DNA of 49,110 nucleotides from an uncultured Spirochaeta sp. (GCA_937140905.1 CAKZQO010000321.1:1-49110); one strand, 5' to 3'; positions 8,152 through 17,715 are shown, counted from the first letter of the stretch. Made by a program: numbers and translations. The notes: a model not told the origin generated them from the letters alone.

Positions 8152-9495
8152 ATGCATATTCTTGCTGTCGATGTAGGGACAACCTCCCTTAAAATGGGAG
8201 TCTTTCAGGATCAGGGAAACACATTAAAATGTGTACAGGAGTTTTCTAAGTCCTATCCGATCAACGTATACAATCAGGGACTTTTCGCAGATATAGAGCA
8301 GGAAAAATGGAAAACCGCTTTTCTGGAAGGATGCAAAGCATTGGAAGCGTTCCTTCCTCACATAGATGCAATTTCGTTCTCAGGGACTACCCCGGGGTTG
8401 ACTGCAATGGACAAGGAAGGGAACGCCCTATATCCAGCGATTCTCATGCTGGATCAGAGATCTAGAAAACAGGCGGAGGATATTATCCGAATCATTGGAT
8501 TGGAAAGGATCCTACAGGAAACCGCCAATATGCCTGTCGCGGGAGGTTGTTCCCTTGCTAGCATCCTATGGTTGAAAGAAAACGAACCAGAGGTATTTCG
8601 GAAAGCGGCTTGTTTTGGACATTCCAACACGTATATGGTGAAATGGTTGACAGGAACATTTGCCATAGATCCTTCCTCGGCCTCCCTTTCGGCTCTTTAT
8701 AATACAGCAAAAAACGATCTAACCTGGAATGTCGAAATCGCAGACACCTTCGGACTCGATCCTGCACGACTCCCACTCCTTCTTCCTTCACAGGAAAGCG
8801 CCGGAAAAATGAATCCTACACTAGCTCGGAATCTCGGTTTCAAGAAAGAACCCCCGGTGATCATTGGAGGAAACGACGCGGTGCTAGCCGCTTATGATGC
8901 GGGGATACGGGAACCGGGCGAAGCAATCAACGTGAATGGCACCTGTGAGATTACCCTCGTATGTCTTCCTAGATGCCTACCCTCGACAGAATACAATATT
9001 CGGGCTCATGTAATAAAGGATCGTTGGCTGACCCTCTATGTGATGAACGCGGGAGGCAAAGCTTTCGAATGGTTCCAATCCGTATTCTGCTCAGAAATGT
9101 CTGCTGAAGAGTTCTGGACCTCCTTCATACCCCGAGCTGTGGAGCAGTGGATCCATAAGGAAAGCACTGTCCGGTATGTACCCTTTCTCATGGGCTCGAG
9201 ATACTCCTTAGAGCCCTTAAAGGCAGAGTTCAAGGGAATGAATCAAGAGACTACCCGCGAAGAGCTTTTTGTGGCGATGGTGCGAGGATTGGCCGAATAC
9301 CAGAGGGCTCATTTGAAAGAGATAGCCCTCGAAGTTCCCCTCAAACCAGAGATATTCGTAACAGGTGGTGCCGTAACCGATGCATTGATCCGGGTAAAGC
9401 AAAAGTGGATGCGGAACTGTTCCTACCTATATCGTGAACAATCTAGCCTTCGAGGGGCCGCTCTCTTGGCAAAGGAGTATCTGGAGACACACTAA
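8152..9495 (+). CDS. FGGY-family carbohydrate kinase
   Basis: AVDVGTTSLK, LDQRS, IDPSSAS, GGND, PFLMGSR and TGGA motifs; SD GAGGT. Confidence 0.9.
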   Translation: MHILAVDVGTTSLKMGVFQDQGNTLKCVQEFSKSYPINVYNQGLFADIEQEKWKTAFLEGCKALEAFLPHIDAISFSGTTPGLTAMDKEGNALYPAILMLDQRSRKQAEDIIRIIGLERILQETANMPVAGGCSLASILWLKENEPEVFRKAACFGHSNTYMVKWLTGTFAIDPSSASLSALYNTAKNDLTWNVEIADTFGLDPARLPLLLPSQESAGKMNPTLARNLGFKKEPPVIIGGNDAVLAAYDAGIREPGEAINVNGTCEITLVCLPRCLPSTEYNIRAHVIKDRWLTLYVMNAGGKAFEWFQSVFCSEMSAEEFWTSFIPRAVEQWIHKESTVRYVPFLMGSRYSLEPLKAEFKGMNQETTREELFVAMVRGLAEYQRAHLKEIALEVPLKPEIFVTGGAVTDALIRVKQKWMRNCSYLYREQSSLRGAALLAKEYLETH

Positions 9496-9575
9496 ACCGA
9501 TTCAAACTATCGTAAACATTTGAGATTTCAGAGGATTCTTGGTATCTTTTAAGTAAATATCTCTCGAAGGAAGTC

Positions 9576-9965
9576 ATGAAAAAGCGCACGATTCTTTGCA
9601 TAGATGATGAAGCCATTATCCTCCTAGCCTTGAAACAGGAACTCAAATTGCACTTCCGCGATCGATATACGATTGCCACCGCGCTGAACGTGGAACAGGC
9701 GAAACAGATACTGGAATCGTTACAGAAGGAAGGACGGACGGTAGAACTTATCATCTGTGATTGGCTAATGCCCGGTACGAAAGGAGACACGTTCCTGGCA
9801 GAACTGAGGGCCCAGAATCCCAAGAGAAAACTCCTGGTGATTACTGGCCATGCAGACCAGGATGCGATAGAAACTTTTCAATCGAAAGTGCAGGCCAGGA
9901 TCCTGTACAAGCCCTGGAAATCCGAGGATCTCATTACAACTGTCACCGAGCTCCTGGAAGAGTAA
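9576..9965 (+). CDS. Single-domain response regulator (receiver only)
   Basis: LCIDDE, CDWLMPG (phosphoacceptor Asp), ITGHA and KPW motifs. Confidence 0.92.
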   Translation: MKKRTILCIDDEAIILLALKQELKLHFRDRYTIATALNVEQAKQILESLQKEGRTVELIICDWLMPGTKGDTFLAELRAQNPKRKLLVITGHADQDAIETFQSKVQARILYKPWKSEDLITTVTELLEE

Positions 9966-10011
9966 GAAAACGATACCGGTGTGATAAACCGTTAGAGGAA
10001 ATGGAGGCGTC

Positions 10012-10788
10012 ATGTTCAATACCCTGCTCAAAATCAAAAATTTAAAAACCGGCTGGGAACGAGTACGGAAGGATATCGAAGAGGAGTTCGTCCAACTAGC
10101 GAAGGATTGTTTTGGTCCAGAGCTCTACGCCATCCTTCTGTATGGAAGTGCTGCGCGAGGGATGTACCGGGAAGGAATCTCTGATATCAACTTGTTGATT
10201 CTATATAGGAAAGCAACTCCCCTTCAACTGGCTCAATTCGGGGAAAAAGCGGGACCCATGATTCGGAAACGGCGCATCACTCCCCTGCTCATGAGTCGAG
10301 AAGAGTTCCTTCAGTCCTCAGATGTTTTCCCGTTAGAATACATCGATATCCGAAATGCCCATAAAGTTCTCTTTGGCCCGGACGATACCACAGCCCTAGA
10401 TTTAACCTTAAAAAACCTTCGACACCAAACAGAGGAAAGACTGAGAGGAAGCCTGAATCAGCTTCGCCAGATCCTCGTTGCCTCAGAGGGAAGGCCCAAA
10501 CTCCTTTCCTCCTACCTCCGTTCCTGGTCTGGAATAAGCAACGCCCTGTTCCGGGCTCTCCTCCTTCTTCGGGGGAAAGATTCCAGCATCACAGACCCAG
10601 AGCAACTCGTTAAGGTTCTAGAAAACGAGTACCAGCTTCCCCAAGGAGTATTCAGCGCCTTCCAACGGTTCCGCTTAGGGGAAAAACAGGATCCCATGGT
10701 ATTGGCTGGGAATCTATTGCGTTCATTAGAGCGCCTTACCCAAGTAGTGGATAGTCTTCCAGAAAACCCTCTGGAGGAGGCGGTATGA
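10012..10788 (+). CDS. Nucleotidyltransferase-fold protein (Pol-beta/MNT-like) with helical C-terminal domain
   Basis: ILLYGSAARG...SDINLLI signature; SD GGAGG. Confidence 0.78.
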   Translation: MFNTLLKIKNLKTGWERVRKDIEEEFVQLAKDCFGPELYAILLYGSAARGMYREGISDINLLILYRKATPLQLAQFGEKAGPMIRKRRITPLLMSREEFLQSSDVFPLEYIDIRNAHKVLFGPDDTTALDLTLKNLRHQTEERLRGSLNQLRQILVASEGRPKLLSSYLRSWSGISNALFRALLLLRGKDSSITDPEQLVKVLENEYQLPQGVFSAFQRFRLGEKQDPMVLAGNLLRSLERLTQVVDSLPENPLEEAV

Positions 10789-11591
10789 ACCGTCAACTCC
10801 TCGGCTCGACTTTTATCATGATTCTATCCATCCTCCTACTTGTCCTTGTAGGGGGGGGCCTATCCGCTCAAATCCCCTATAAACCTATTGGCTTCGTGAA
10901 CGACTTTGCCGGTGTGATTGATCCGGATTCGGCTCAGTTAATGGAACAGATTGCCCGCTCGATCCAGGAAAAAACGGGTGCTCAAGTGGCGGTGGTAACG
11001 GTGGAGTCCATCGCCCCCTACCCCACCATCGAAGAGTTTTCCATCGAACTAGCCCAGAACTGGGGTATTGGAAGAAAAGGAAAAGACGATGGGGTGCTCC
11101 TTGTGCTCGCCATGAAGGAACGAAAGGTTAGGATTGAAGTGGGGTATGGGCTGGAAGGAGCCATTCCCGATTCTGTGACGGGTAGAATTCTGGATGAACG
11201 AGTGATTCCCGCGTTAAAGCAACAGCAGTGGGGCAAAGGCCTTCTCCAAGGACTTATCGGAGTGGGCATCCGGATCGCCCAAGAAAAGGGTATCGATCCC
11301 AAGGACCTAATGATCCCTGCCTCACAGATCGCATCCCGCCCCAAACGTTCTAAAGAAGGGATTGATCTAGGACCCCTGATCTTTGTCCTGATCTTTCTCT
11401 TCATTGGTGGTGGACGGTTCTTCTGGCCCCTTTTATTCATAAGCGGATTCAGGACTCGAAGGGGACGATTCGGGGGTGGATTTGGATCCGGAGGTTTCGG
11501 TAGTGGTGGCTTCAGCGGGGGAGGCGGAGGCAGTTTCGGAGGATTCGGAGGAGGTTCTTTTGGGGGCGGAGGCTCCTCCCGAGGGTTCTAA
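10785..11591 (+). CDS. TPM (TLP18.3/Psb32/MOLO-1) domain membrane protein with Gly-rich tail
   Basis: Signal peptide, VNDFAGVI, WGIGRKGKDDGVLL, RIEVGYGLEG, a TM helix and the GGGFG...GGGGSSRGF tail. Confidence 0.92.
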   Translation: MNRQLLGSTFIMILSILLLVLVGGGLSAQIPYKPIGFVNDFAGVIDPDSAQLMEQIARSIQEKTGAQVAVVTVESIAPYPTIEEFSIELAQNWGIGRKGKDDGVLLVLAMKERKVRIEVGYGLEGAIPDSVTGRILDERVIPALKQQQWGKGLLQGLIGVGIRIAQEKGIDPKDLMIPASQIASRPKRSKEGIDLGPLIFVLIFLFIGGGRFFWPLLFISGFRTRRGRFGGGFGSGGFGSGGFSGGGGGSFGGFGGGSFGGGGSSRGF

Positions 11592-11645
11592 CTTTATGCA
11601 TCCTTACCAAAATGCTTCTAATAAAACTAATTTTATAAGAGGAGA

Positions 11646-12233
11646 ATGAAAAGTACTATGGAACAACGAAAAATGAACCTTTTAATCGGACTAGCCATCC
11701 TAGTTCTTGTGTTTGTGGGATACGGAATCTTTTCCGTATCGGTAAAGAACGATCTGGTTCGGTTGGATGAACAAGTGAGCGCTGCTTGGTCTGAGATTGA
11801 TAACCAGTTGAAACGGCGCGCGGACCTGATTCCAAACCTAGTGGCAACGGTAAAAGGGTACGCTACCCACGAGGAAGAAGTATTAACGAAGATCGCTGAT
11901 GCTAGATCCCGGCTTTCGGGAGCCCGAACCGTGGAAGAGAAGGCTGCGGGGTACAACGAACTACAATCTGCCCTATCCCGCCTATTAGTGGTGGTGGAAA
12001 ACTATCCAGCCCTGAAAGCCAACGAAAACTTTACCCGGTTAATGGATGAACTGGCTGGTACGGAAAACCGGATCGCCGTAGCCCGGAAACGGTACAACGA
12101 TGGGGTACGGGAGTTCAACACCCGAATTCGCACCTTCCCTGGATCTCTGTTCGCGGGAGGGATGGGGTTTTCTCCCCGGCCATACTTCGAGATCGATGCA
12201 GCTTCCCGGGAAGCTCCCAAGGTGAAGTTCTGA
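11646..12233 (+). CDS. lemA: LemA family protein
   Basis: N-terminal TM, QLKRRADLIPNLV, ENYPALKAN and ENRIAVAR.RYN motifs. Confidence 0.95.
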   Translation: MKSTMEQRKMNLLIGLAILVLVFVGYGIFSVSVKNDLVRLDEQVSAAWSEIDNQLKRRADLIPNLVATVKGYATHEEEVLTKIADARSRLSGARTVEEKAAGYNELQSALSRLLVVVENYPALKANENFTRLMDELAGTENRIAVARKRYNDGVREFNTRIRTFPGSLFAGGMGFSPRPYFEIDAASREAPKVKF

Positions 12234-12243
12234 CCCTTCACCC

Positions 12244-14136
12244 TTAAAAGAATAAAAACAGAACTGGTGGCACCGCTCCCAACAGGTTCGCATAGATATT
12301 GGGAACTAACTGGAGAGCTCCAGCTATGAGGAGAAGTCCAGAACGAAGAATCCCTAGCTCTTTTCGCCAGTACTTCATAAGACCTGCGGAAAGAAAGACC
12401 GTAGCGGCACCTGTTCGAACCACTACCGAGAGGATCTCGATTAGCCCTCCTCGAAGAAGGAGGGCTTGATCATACACGAACACGAAAGGAACGAAGAAAG
12501 CTGCAAAGCAGAGCCGCATGGCCAGAAGGGCTGTTTTGAACCAATCGGATCCTGCCATCCCAGCCGCGATATACACAGCCCCACAGATGGGAGGAGTAAT
12601 GGCAGAAAGGATGGCAAAGTAGAACACGAAGAGGTGAGCCACTAGGGGAGGAAGACCGAAGTTCACCAACACAGGTCCGCCAATCACTACCGCCATGATG
12701 TACGCAGCGGTGGTAGGTACCTGCATCCCCAGTACGATACTGGTAAGAGCTATCAGTACCAGGGACAAGAAAAGCTTCCCCTGACTTACCGAAACAATGA
12801 AGGAACTAATCTTGACCCCCAATCCAGTTAGTGCGATTACGGCAATGATGATCTGAGCGCAGGCTGAAATGGAGGCGATGACTGCAGCTTGCCTCGCTCC
12901 ATCCAGAACAGCCTTCCTCATTTGCTGTAGAGCTTCTCGAAGGCTCCACCGCAGATCCTCGGTAAAAAAGGCGAACACCAATGTAACGAGACTCGCCCAA
13001 AAGGCTGCGTACTGGGGTGTGTATCCCGCCACCATCCAAGCAATAAGCACTCCAAAGGGGATTAAAAAGAACACACTGGACCGAACCGTTTCTCCCAACT
13101 GGGGCAATTCTCTCGCCGGAAGGCCTACATACCCTTTTCGCTTAGCGTAGAAATGGATTCCCACACCCACGGAAAGGAAGTAGAACAAAGCGGGTAATAA
13201 GGAACGAATGGCTACTTGAAGATAGGGAGTCTCGGTAAGTTCCGCTAACACGAAAGCGCCGGCACCCATGATGGGAGGCATGATCTGTCCTCCCGTACTG
13301 GCAGCTGCTTCTACTGCAGCAGCTACTTCGGGAGAGTACTTGAGACGTTTCATCATGGGTATGGTGAAAGCGCCGGTGGTAGCCACGTTGGCGCTGGCGC
13401 TCCCCGATATGGAACCAAACAACGCACTGGCTACTGTAGCTACTTTAGCGGGCCCTCCCGAGTATTTCCCGGCTAGCCAGATAGAAAGCCGCATGAATCC
13501 CGTGCCCCCACCGGTAGCGAACATAAAGGCCCCAAAAAAGACGAAAATGGCAATCACATCCGTACTGACCCCTACCAACAGTCCCCAGATCCCTCCGGTT
13601 GTGAGAAACAGTTGACCAGCAAGAGTGGGTAAATCGTATTGGGGATGGCCGAAAGTTCCCGGAATCAAATGTCCAAAAAGGGCATAGAGGAGAAAGAGGA
13701 AAGCTAAAACCGGTAGAGCAGGCTGAATTTCTCTACGGGTCGCCTCGATCACTAGGAGCAGGAACAGGAAAGCCAGCGCCGTTTGTCCCCAACCCGTAGG
13801 CACTCCATACTGTTCCGATATTCCTTCGGCAGATAGGAACACGTAGAAAGAGATTCCAACTCCAGATAAAAAGAGGAAGAGATCCCAGTAAAGAGACCTT
13901 TTCAGTGAAAAAGCCGTGCGTATAGTAACTGGAGCCCTTTGTTCTGTGTCTTTTGTGGATGCGCTATTCAGAACCTTTTTCAGCATCCCTCCCCCGAAGA
14001 TGATCCAGAACATGAACAGGAGGTGTATTGCCCTCGCTTGGAGAGCGGGAAGGAACGCATACACGGGAAGGAGAAGTTGAAAGAGAGCAAATAGGAGGGA
14101 CCCTATCAGGATCCCTACTTGTAGGATTCTTGCCAT
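12244..14136 (-). CDS. TRAP transporter fused permease (4TM/12TM, TAXI type)
   Basis: GGPAKVA, SGSASANVATTG, EAAASTGGQIMPPIMGAGAF, LGMQVPTTAAY and TPPIC motifs. Confidence 0.95.
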   Translation of the reverse strand: MARILQVGILIGSLLFALFQLLLPVYAFLPALQARAIHLLFMFWIIFGGGMLKKVLNSASTKDTEQRAPVTIRTAFSLKRSLYWDLFLFLSGVGISFYVFLSAEGISEQYGVPTGWGQTALAFLFLLLVIEATRREIQPALPVLAFLFLLYALFGHLIPGTFGHPQYDLPTLAGQLFLTTGGIWGLLVGVSTDVIAIFVFFGAFMFATGGGTGFMRLSIWLAGKYSGGPAKVATVASALFGSISGSASANVATTGAFTIPMMKRLKYSPEVAAAVEAAASTGGQIMPPIMGAGAFVLAELTETPYLQVAIRSLLPALFYFLSVGVGIHFYAKRKGYVGLPARELPQLGETVRSSVFFLIPFGVLIAWMVAGYTPQYAAFWASLVTLVFAFFTEDLRWSLREALQQMRKAVLDGARQAAVIASISACAQIIIAVIALTGLGVKISSFIVSVSQGKLFLSLVLIALTSIVLGMQVPTTAAYIMAVVIGGPVLVNFGLPPLVAHLFVFYFAILSAITPPICGAVYIAAGMAGSDWFKTALLAMRLCFAAFFVPFVFVYDQALLLRGGLIEILSVVVRTGAATVFLSAGLMKYWRKELGILRSGLLLIAGALQLVPNIYANLLGAVPPVLFLFF

Positions 14137-14175
14137 AAAAGACTCATAAGCTCACAGTCGGAAAAATCAACACGC

Positions 14176-15117
14176 CTACTGTAGTGCTGATGCCACCTTG
14201 AATCCGATTTCCCGGTAGTAGCGAAGGGCTCCCGGATGTAACTTCGCTTCCATGAAGTTCACATCCTCCATCGTAATGAGTTTCATGGCAGGATGTACCG
14301 TTTCCCATTTGGATCGACTTTCCCAGAAGGTTTTTGTAAGCCTATACACTAATTCTTCCGGCAGGTTCTCCACAGCGTACAGAGCCACAGGTTCACTGAT
14401 GGTCTTCACTGGCGCATCTATGCCGGAATACATCCCCGCTGGAATCACCGCTCGAGCGTACTTTGTTTTAACCCGTTCATAGTCCTGATCGGAAAGTTCC
14501 AGCAAGCGGATAGGAACCGTGGCAGCGATCTCCTGGATCATCGATGCAGGAGGAGTGCTGGATGTGGCAAATCCCACTGCCCGCTTGTTTCGCACCGCTT
14601 GGACTCCCTCACTCAAGTCTACCCGCACGAGATCCACTTTATCGAGAATTCCCATAGCACCGAGAACATCCCGGGTAATTCGTTCACCCGCAGACCCTGC
14701 TCCGCCCGGCACGAACTTCTTGCCTGCTAAATCAGCCAGACTTTGTACCCCACTATCTTGTCGTACGACCCAGTGCATTACCAGACCCGGAATTGGCCAA
14801 AGGGAACGGATCCTTCCATATCCCCCTTCCTTGAACTGCTCTCCCCCTCCCAGGGCGGCCTTCACGAGTGAGGGCGGAGAGGTAAAGAGGTAATCGTTTC
14901 GGGTACGGGAGAGTTTCACGTTTTCCACAGAGCCCGCGCTCGTTTCCACTGTGATCTGAACTCCAGAAACTCCTTCCATCAACGCTTTTGCGATTCCCAC
15001 GGCAAAGGCGTAGTAGGTTGAAGTTTCCCGTGCCGACTTCAGAGCAATCTGGGTTTGCGCCGTCGCGAGACTAATGACAGAGAAAATGGTGATAAGTACC
15101 AAGAACGCTCGTTTCAT
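14176..15117 (-). CDS. TAXI-family TRAP solute-binding protein
   Basis: Signal peptide MKRAFLVLITIFSVISLATAQ, TSAGSVEN, GGAGS and LHPGALRYYRE motifs. Start moved from 15171 to ATG 15117. Confidence 0.92.
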   Translation of the reverse strand: MKRAFLVLITIFSVISLATAQTQIALKSARETSTYYAFAVGIAKALMEGVSGVQITVETSAGSVENVKLSRTRNDYLFTSPPSLVKAALGGGEQFKEGGYGRIRSLWPIPGLVMHWVVRQDSGVQSLADLAGKKFVPGGAGSAGERITRDVLGAMGILDKVDLVRVDLSEGVQAVRNKRAVGFATSSTPPASMIQEIAATVPIRLLELSDQDYERVKTKYARAVIPAGMYSGIDAPVKTISEPVALYAVENLPEELVYRLTKTFWESRSKWETVHPAMKLITMEDVNFMEAKLHPGALRYYREIGFKVASALQ

Positions 15118-15251
15118 ACCTTTGAAGTTTCCATGTTTCTTTTCCTCTGTCAAGGGGAATTGAACGACCAATGAGTCGGCCCAATAGGTCTACTCGGGAA
15201 TTAAGTCCATAGACGTTCAGCGTGCTTCTTAAAATATTTTGCTCCTTTTGG

Positions 15252-15280
15252 TTGACAACCTCTAGGGGGCGTATTTTAAT
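15252..15280 (+). promoter_or_regulatory. Sigma70-type promoter TTGACA-17-TTTAAT
   Basis: The -10 box ends 6 nt before ATG 15287 and there is no SD. Confidence 0.6.
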
Positions 15281-15286
15281 GGTTCC

Positions 15287-15724
15287 ATGGAAAAGGAGCA
15301 TACTCTATCCGATAGGGAACGAGAATTACTGGAAGAGATCCAGGAGTTCAACCGGGAGCGGGATAGGATCCGAAAAGTAATCGGAGAAATCGGGGGTACT
15401 AGGTATTCCCGGAGGGATACCATTGTCAATGTCGCCTTCCTCACCGTCATTCTTCTCCTTTTTATCAGCGAAGTGTTGACTATGTGGCTTCCAACCTTCA
15501 TCTCCATCGAAGTCGGTATCCTTCTGGTATCCATCAAGATCATCTGGATGATTCACGCCCAGCAGAAGTACAACCACTTCGTCTTTTGGGTACTGAACTC
15601 GATCGAGTTCCGTCAAAACGATATGACGATGAAACTACGATCGATCGAAAAGAAGCTGGAATCCCTTTCCCTAGAACCGAAACATGTTTCTTCTGAGCCC
15701 CATATGGGAAACACCCCTCCATGA
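15287..15724 (+). CDS. Hypothetical 2-TM membrane protein with coiled-coil flanks
   Basis: Charged helix, two hydrophobic segments, NHFVFWVLNSIEFR motif; ATGA overlap with the next gene. Confidence 0.75.
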   Translation: MEKEHTLSDRERELLEEIQEFNRERDRIRKVIGEIGGTRYSRRDTIVNVAFLTVILLLFISEVLTMWLPTFISIEVGILLVSIKIIWMIHAQQKYNHFVFWVLNSIEFRQNDMTMKLRSIEKKLESLSLEPKHVSSEPHMGNTPP

Positions 15725-16488
15725 AGCAAAATCAAGGAATCATTCCGGAATTGGAGTATCTACGCACCCTTCCCCTTCTGCCCGATCGGGTAATTGGACG
15801 TCGAAAGTATCCCCACTACGCGGTATTCGTCCCCTTTCTATCCATCGACGGAGAAACCCACTGGCTTTTCGAGAAACGATCGGAAGGGATTCGACAGGGA
15901 GGTGAGGTTTGTTTCCCTGGAGGTGCTGTAGAATTGGAGAATGGAGAAGATCCAAAGGAGGCAGCCCGAAGGGAAACAGCGGAGGAGTTGGGGATTCCCC
16001 TAAACGCGATAGAACTAACCGGTTACCTAGGCCACCTCTTAACCCGATGGGGTGGGTTGATCGATGTGTTCTATGGAACCCTTACGGAACCTTCCCATCC
16101 ATCGTCTACTATAGACGAGAACGAATCGATCCTGGGCGATTTTCCCGATGAAAAAACCCTTGCTTCGCGGCCCATTCAATTCGATTCCCTAATCCTATAT
16201 CCCAAAGCGGACGAAGTGAAGGAGGTGTTTACCGTTCCCCTATCCTTCTTTCGAACCGTGGAACCAGAGGTCCACCTGTTTCGGCAGTTGATTCAACCTC
16301 GATTCAAAGACGCGAAAGGGACTCGCCATGTGCTTCCCTGGAAGCGATTGGGCCTTTCTTCCCAGTATTCCCGTTCCTTCAGCCTCCATACCTACCCTGT
16401 CTACTTCTATCGCTACAAGGGTGAAACCATCTGGGGAATCACGGCTGACATTATAAAAGAGTTTCTGGACGTATTGAATTTTATCTAA
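15721..16488 (+). CDS. Nudix hydrolase, CoA pyrophosphatase subfamily
   Basis: LFEKRS..IRQGGEVCFPGG, AARRETAEELG (Nudix box) and IWGITA motifs. Confidence 0.9.
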   Translation: MKQNQGIIPELEYLRTLPLLPDRVIGRRKYPHYAVFVPFLSIDGETHWLFEKRSEGIRQGGEVCFPGGAVELENGEDPKEAARRETAEELGIPLNAIELTGYLGHLLTRWGGLIDVFYGTLTEPSHPSSTIDENESILGDFPDEKTLASRPIQFDSLILYPKADEVKEVFTVPLSFFRTVEPEVHLFRQLIQPRFKDAKGTRHVLPWKRLGLSSQYSRSFSLHTYPVYFYRYKGETIWGITADIIKEFLDVLNFI

Positions 16489-16523
16489 ATTGGGGTACAC
16501 TACCTTTTAGGAGGAAAACAGTC

Positions 16524-17573
16524 ATGAAACGGAAAAGTATTTTGGTTCTAATGGTTTTACTTCTATTGGGGCAGACAGTGGGGGTGTTTGCCCAAACAAC
16601 GGTAGATCTGATCGCAGACTTTAAAGATGGTTTCCAGACCTTTTCTGATGATGTTGCGTCGGTTCTTCCCATGAACTCCACCATCGGTCTTAACTGGTCC
16701 GATGCTTACATCGGCCAACTCATCGCCATCCCCCCAAGTCTTGGAGTAGGCCTCACCGTAGGGGTAACAGGGATCCCCTACGATTCGGTTAAAAAGATCC
16801 TGGTGGATACGTTAGGAGGAAGCGAATCTGAAATCCCGCAAGTCATTCGGGATTATGGGTTGCCCCTCCCTGCCATGGCAGTGGATGCGCGATTGGGTGG
16901 CTTTATCCTGCCCTTCGATATCGGCTTCAAGATCGGTTTTTTGCCAAAAACCTTAGCGGACCAGGTAGGTGATAATGTTAAGGTAGACTTTCTCCTTGTG
17001 GGAGGAGACATCCGCTACCTTTTAATGAAGCAGCGCTTCGTGGTGATTCCCGAAGTATCGGTAGGGGTGGGATACAACTACTTGAAAGGATCGGTAGAGT
17101 TCGGTGGGGTGTTACCACCTCTAACGATCAGCCTCCCCAACACGGTTAATGGCGTTACAGCCCCTTGGCCCGCGAATAGCAACCTTTCCCTCTCTTCCCC
17201 AGACTTTTACATCGAGTGGGAAACGAAGGTGATCGATTTAAAGGCTCAAGCGAGCTGGAGCCTCCTGATCCTCCAACCCAGTATAGGGATTGGGGCCAGT
17301 TATGGGAGTTCCCACGTGGGTGGGGGAGCGAAGTCCACGTTACAGTTGAATGGATCTCCCATTTCCACCACTGCTCTCCAGGCCCTTCGGACCCTCGGCT
17401 TCGACGTGGATAATGCTAGCATCGCCGTGTTCTCCGATGTAACCGGTTGGTCCTTCCGCCTCTTTGGGGGTGTGTCGGTGAATATCCTGGTCCTGAGGAT
17501 CGACGCGGGGATCCAGTACAACCTTATTGGAAAGAATCTAGGGGCTTCGATCGGGGCACGACTCCAGCTGTAA
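16524..17573 (+). CDS. Secreted protein, predicted outer-membrane beta-barrel
   Basis: Signal peptide (VFA/Q), alternating amphipathic strands (VSVGVGYNY, LRIDAGIQYN, ASIGARLQL), strong SD AGGAGG. Confidence 0.7.
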   Translation: MKRKSILVLMVLLLLGQTVGVFAQTTVDLIADFKDGFQTFSDDVASVLPMNSTIGLNWSDAYIGQLIAIPPSLGVGLTVGVTGIPYDSVKKILVDTLGGSESEIPQVIRDYGLPLPAMAVDARLGGFILPFDIGFKIGFLPKTLADQVGDNVKVDFLLVGGDIRYLLMKQRFVVIPEVSVGVGYNYLKGSVEFGGVLPPLTISLPNTVNGVTAPWPANSNLSLSSPDFYIEWETKVIDLKAQASWSLLILQPSIGIGASYGSSHVGGGAKSTLQLNGSPISTTALQALRTLGFDVDNASIAVFSDVTGWSFRLFGGVSVNILVLRIDAGIQYNLIGKNLGASIGARLQL

Positions 17574-17654
17574 AACAGCAAACCTTCATCCGCGAACACG
17601 CGAAGGATCCAATTGGTCCTATCAGCGATTCGCGCGCACGAAGTTTAATCCCAA

Positions 17655-17687
17655 AAGGACAGGGGGCTTCAAAAGCCCCTTGCCCTT
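17655..17687. terminator. GC-rich hairpin, likely terminator
   Basis: AAGGACAGGGGGCTT-CAA-AAGCCCCTTGCCCTT; the U-tract is short. Confidence 0.6.
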
Positions 17688-17715
17688 ATTGCCATAAAAT
17701 CACTATCCTTAATCC

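Noticed and set aside
10012-10788. MNT-HEPN toxin-antitoxin or CBASS cyclase interpretation
   Set aside because: No separate HEPN toxin with RxxxxH, no CD-NTase-sized protein or effector; the context is TPM/LemA.
11460-11590. GGN-rich repeats
   Set aside because: They encode the usual Gly/Phe/Ser tail of TPM proteins and are not an independent repeat element.
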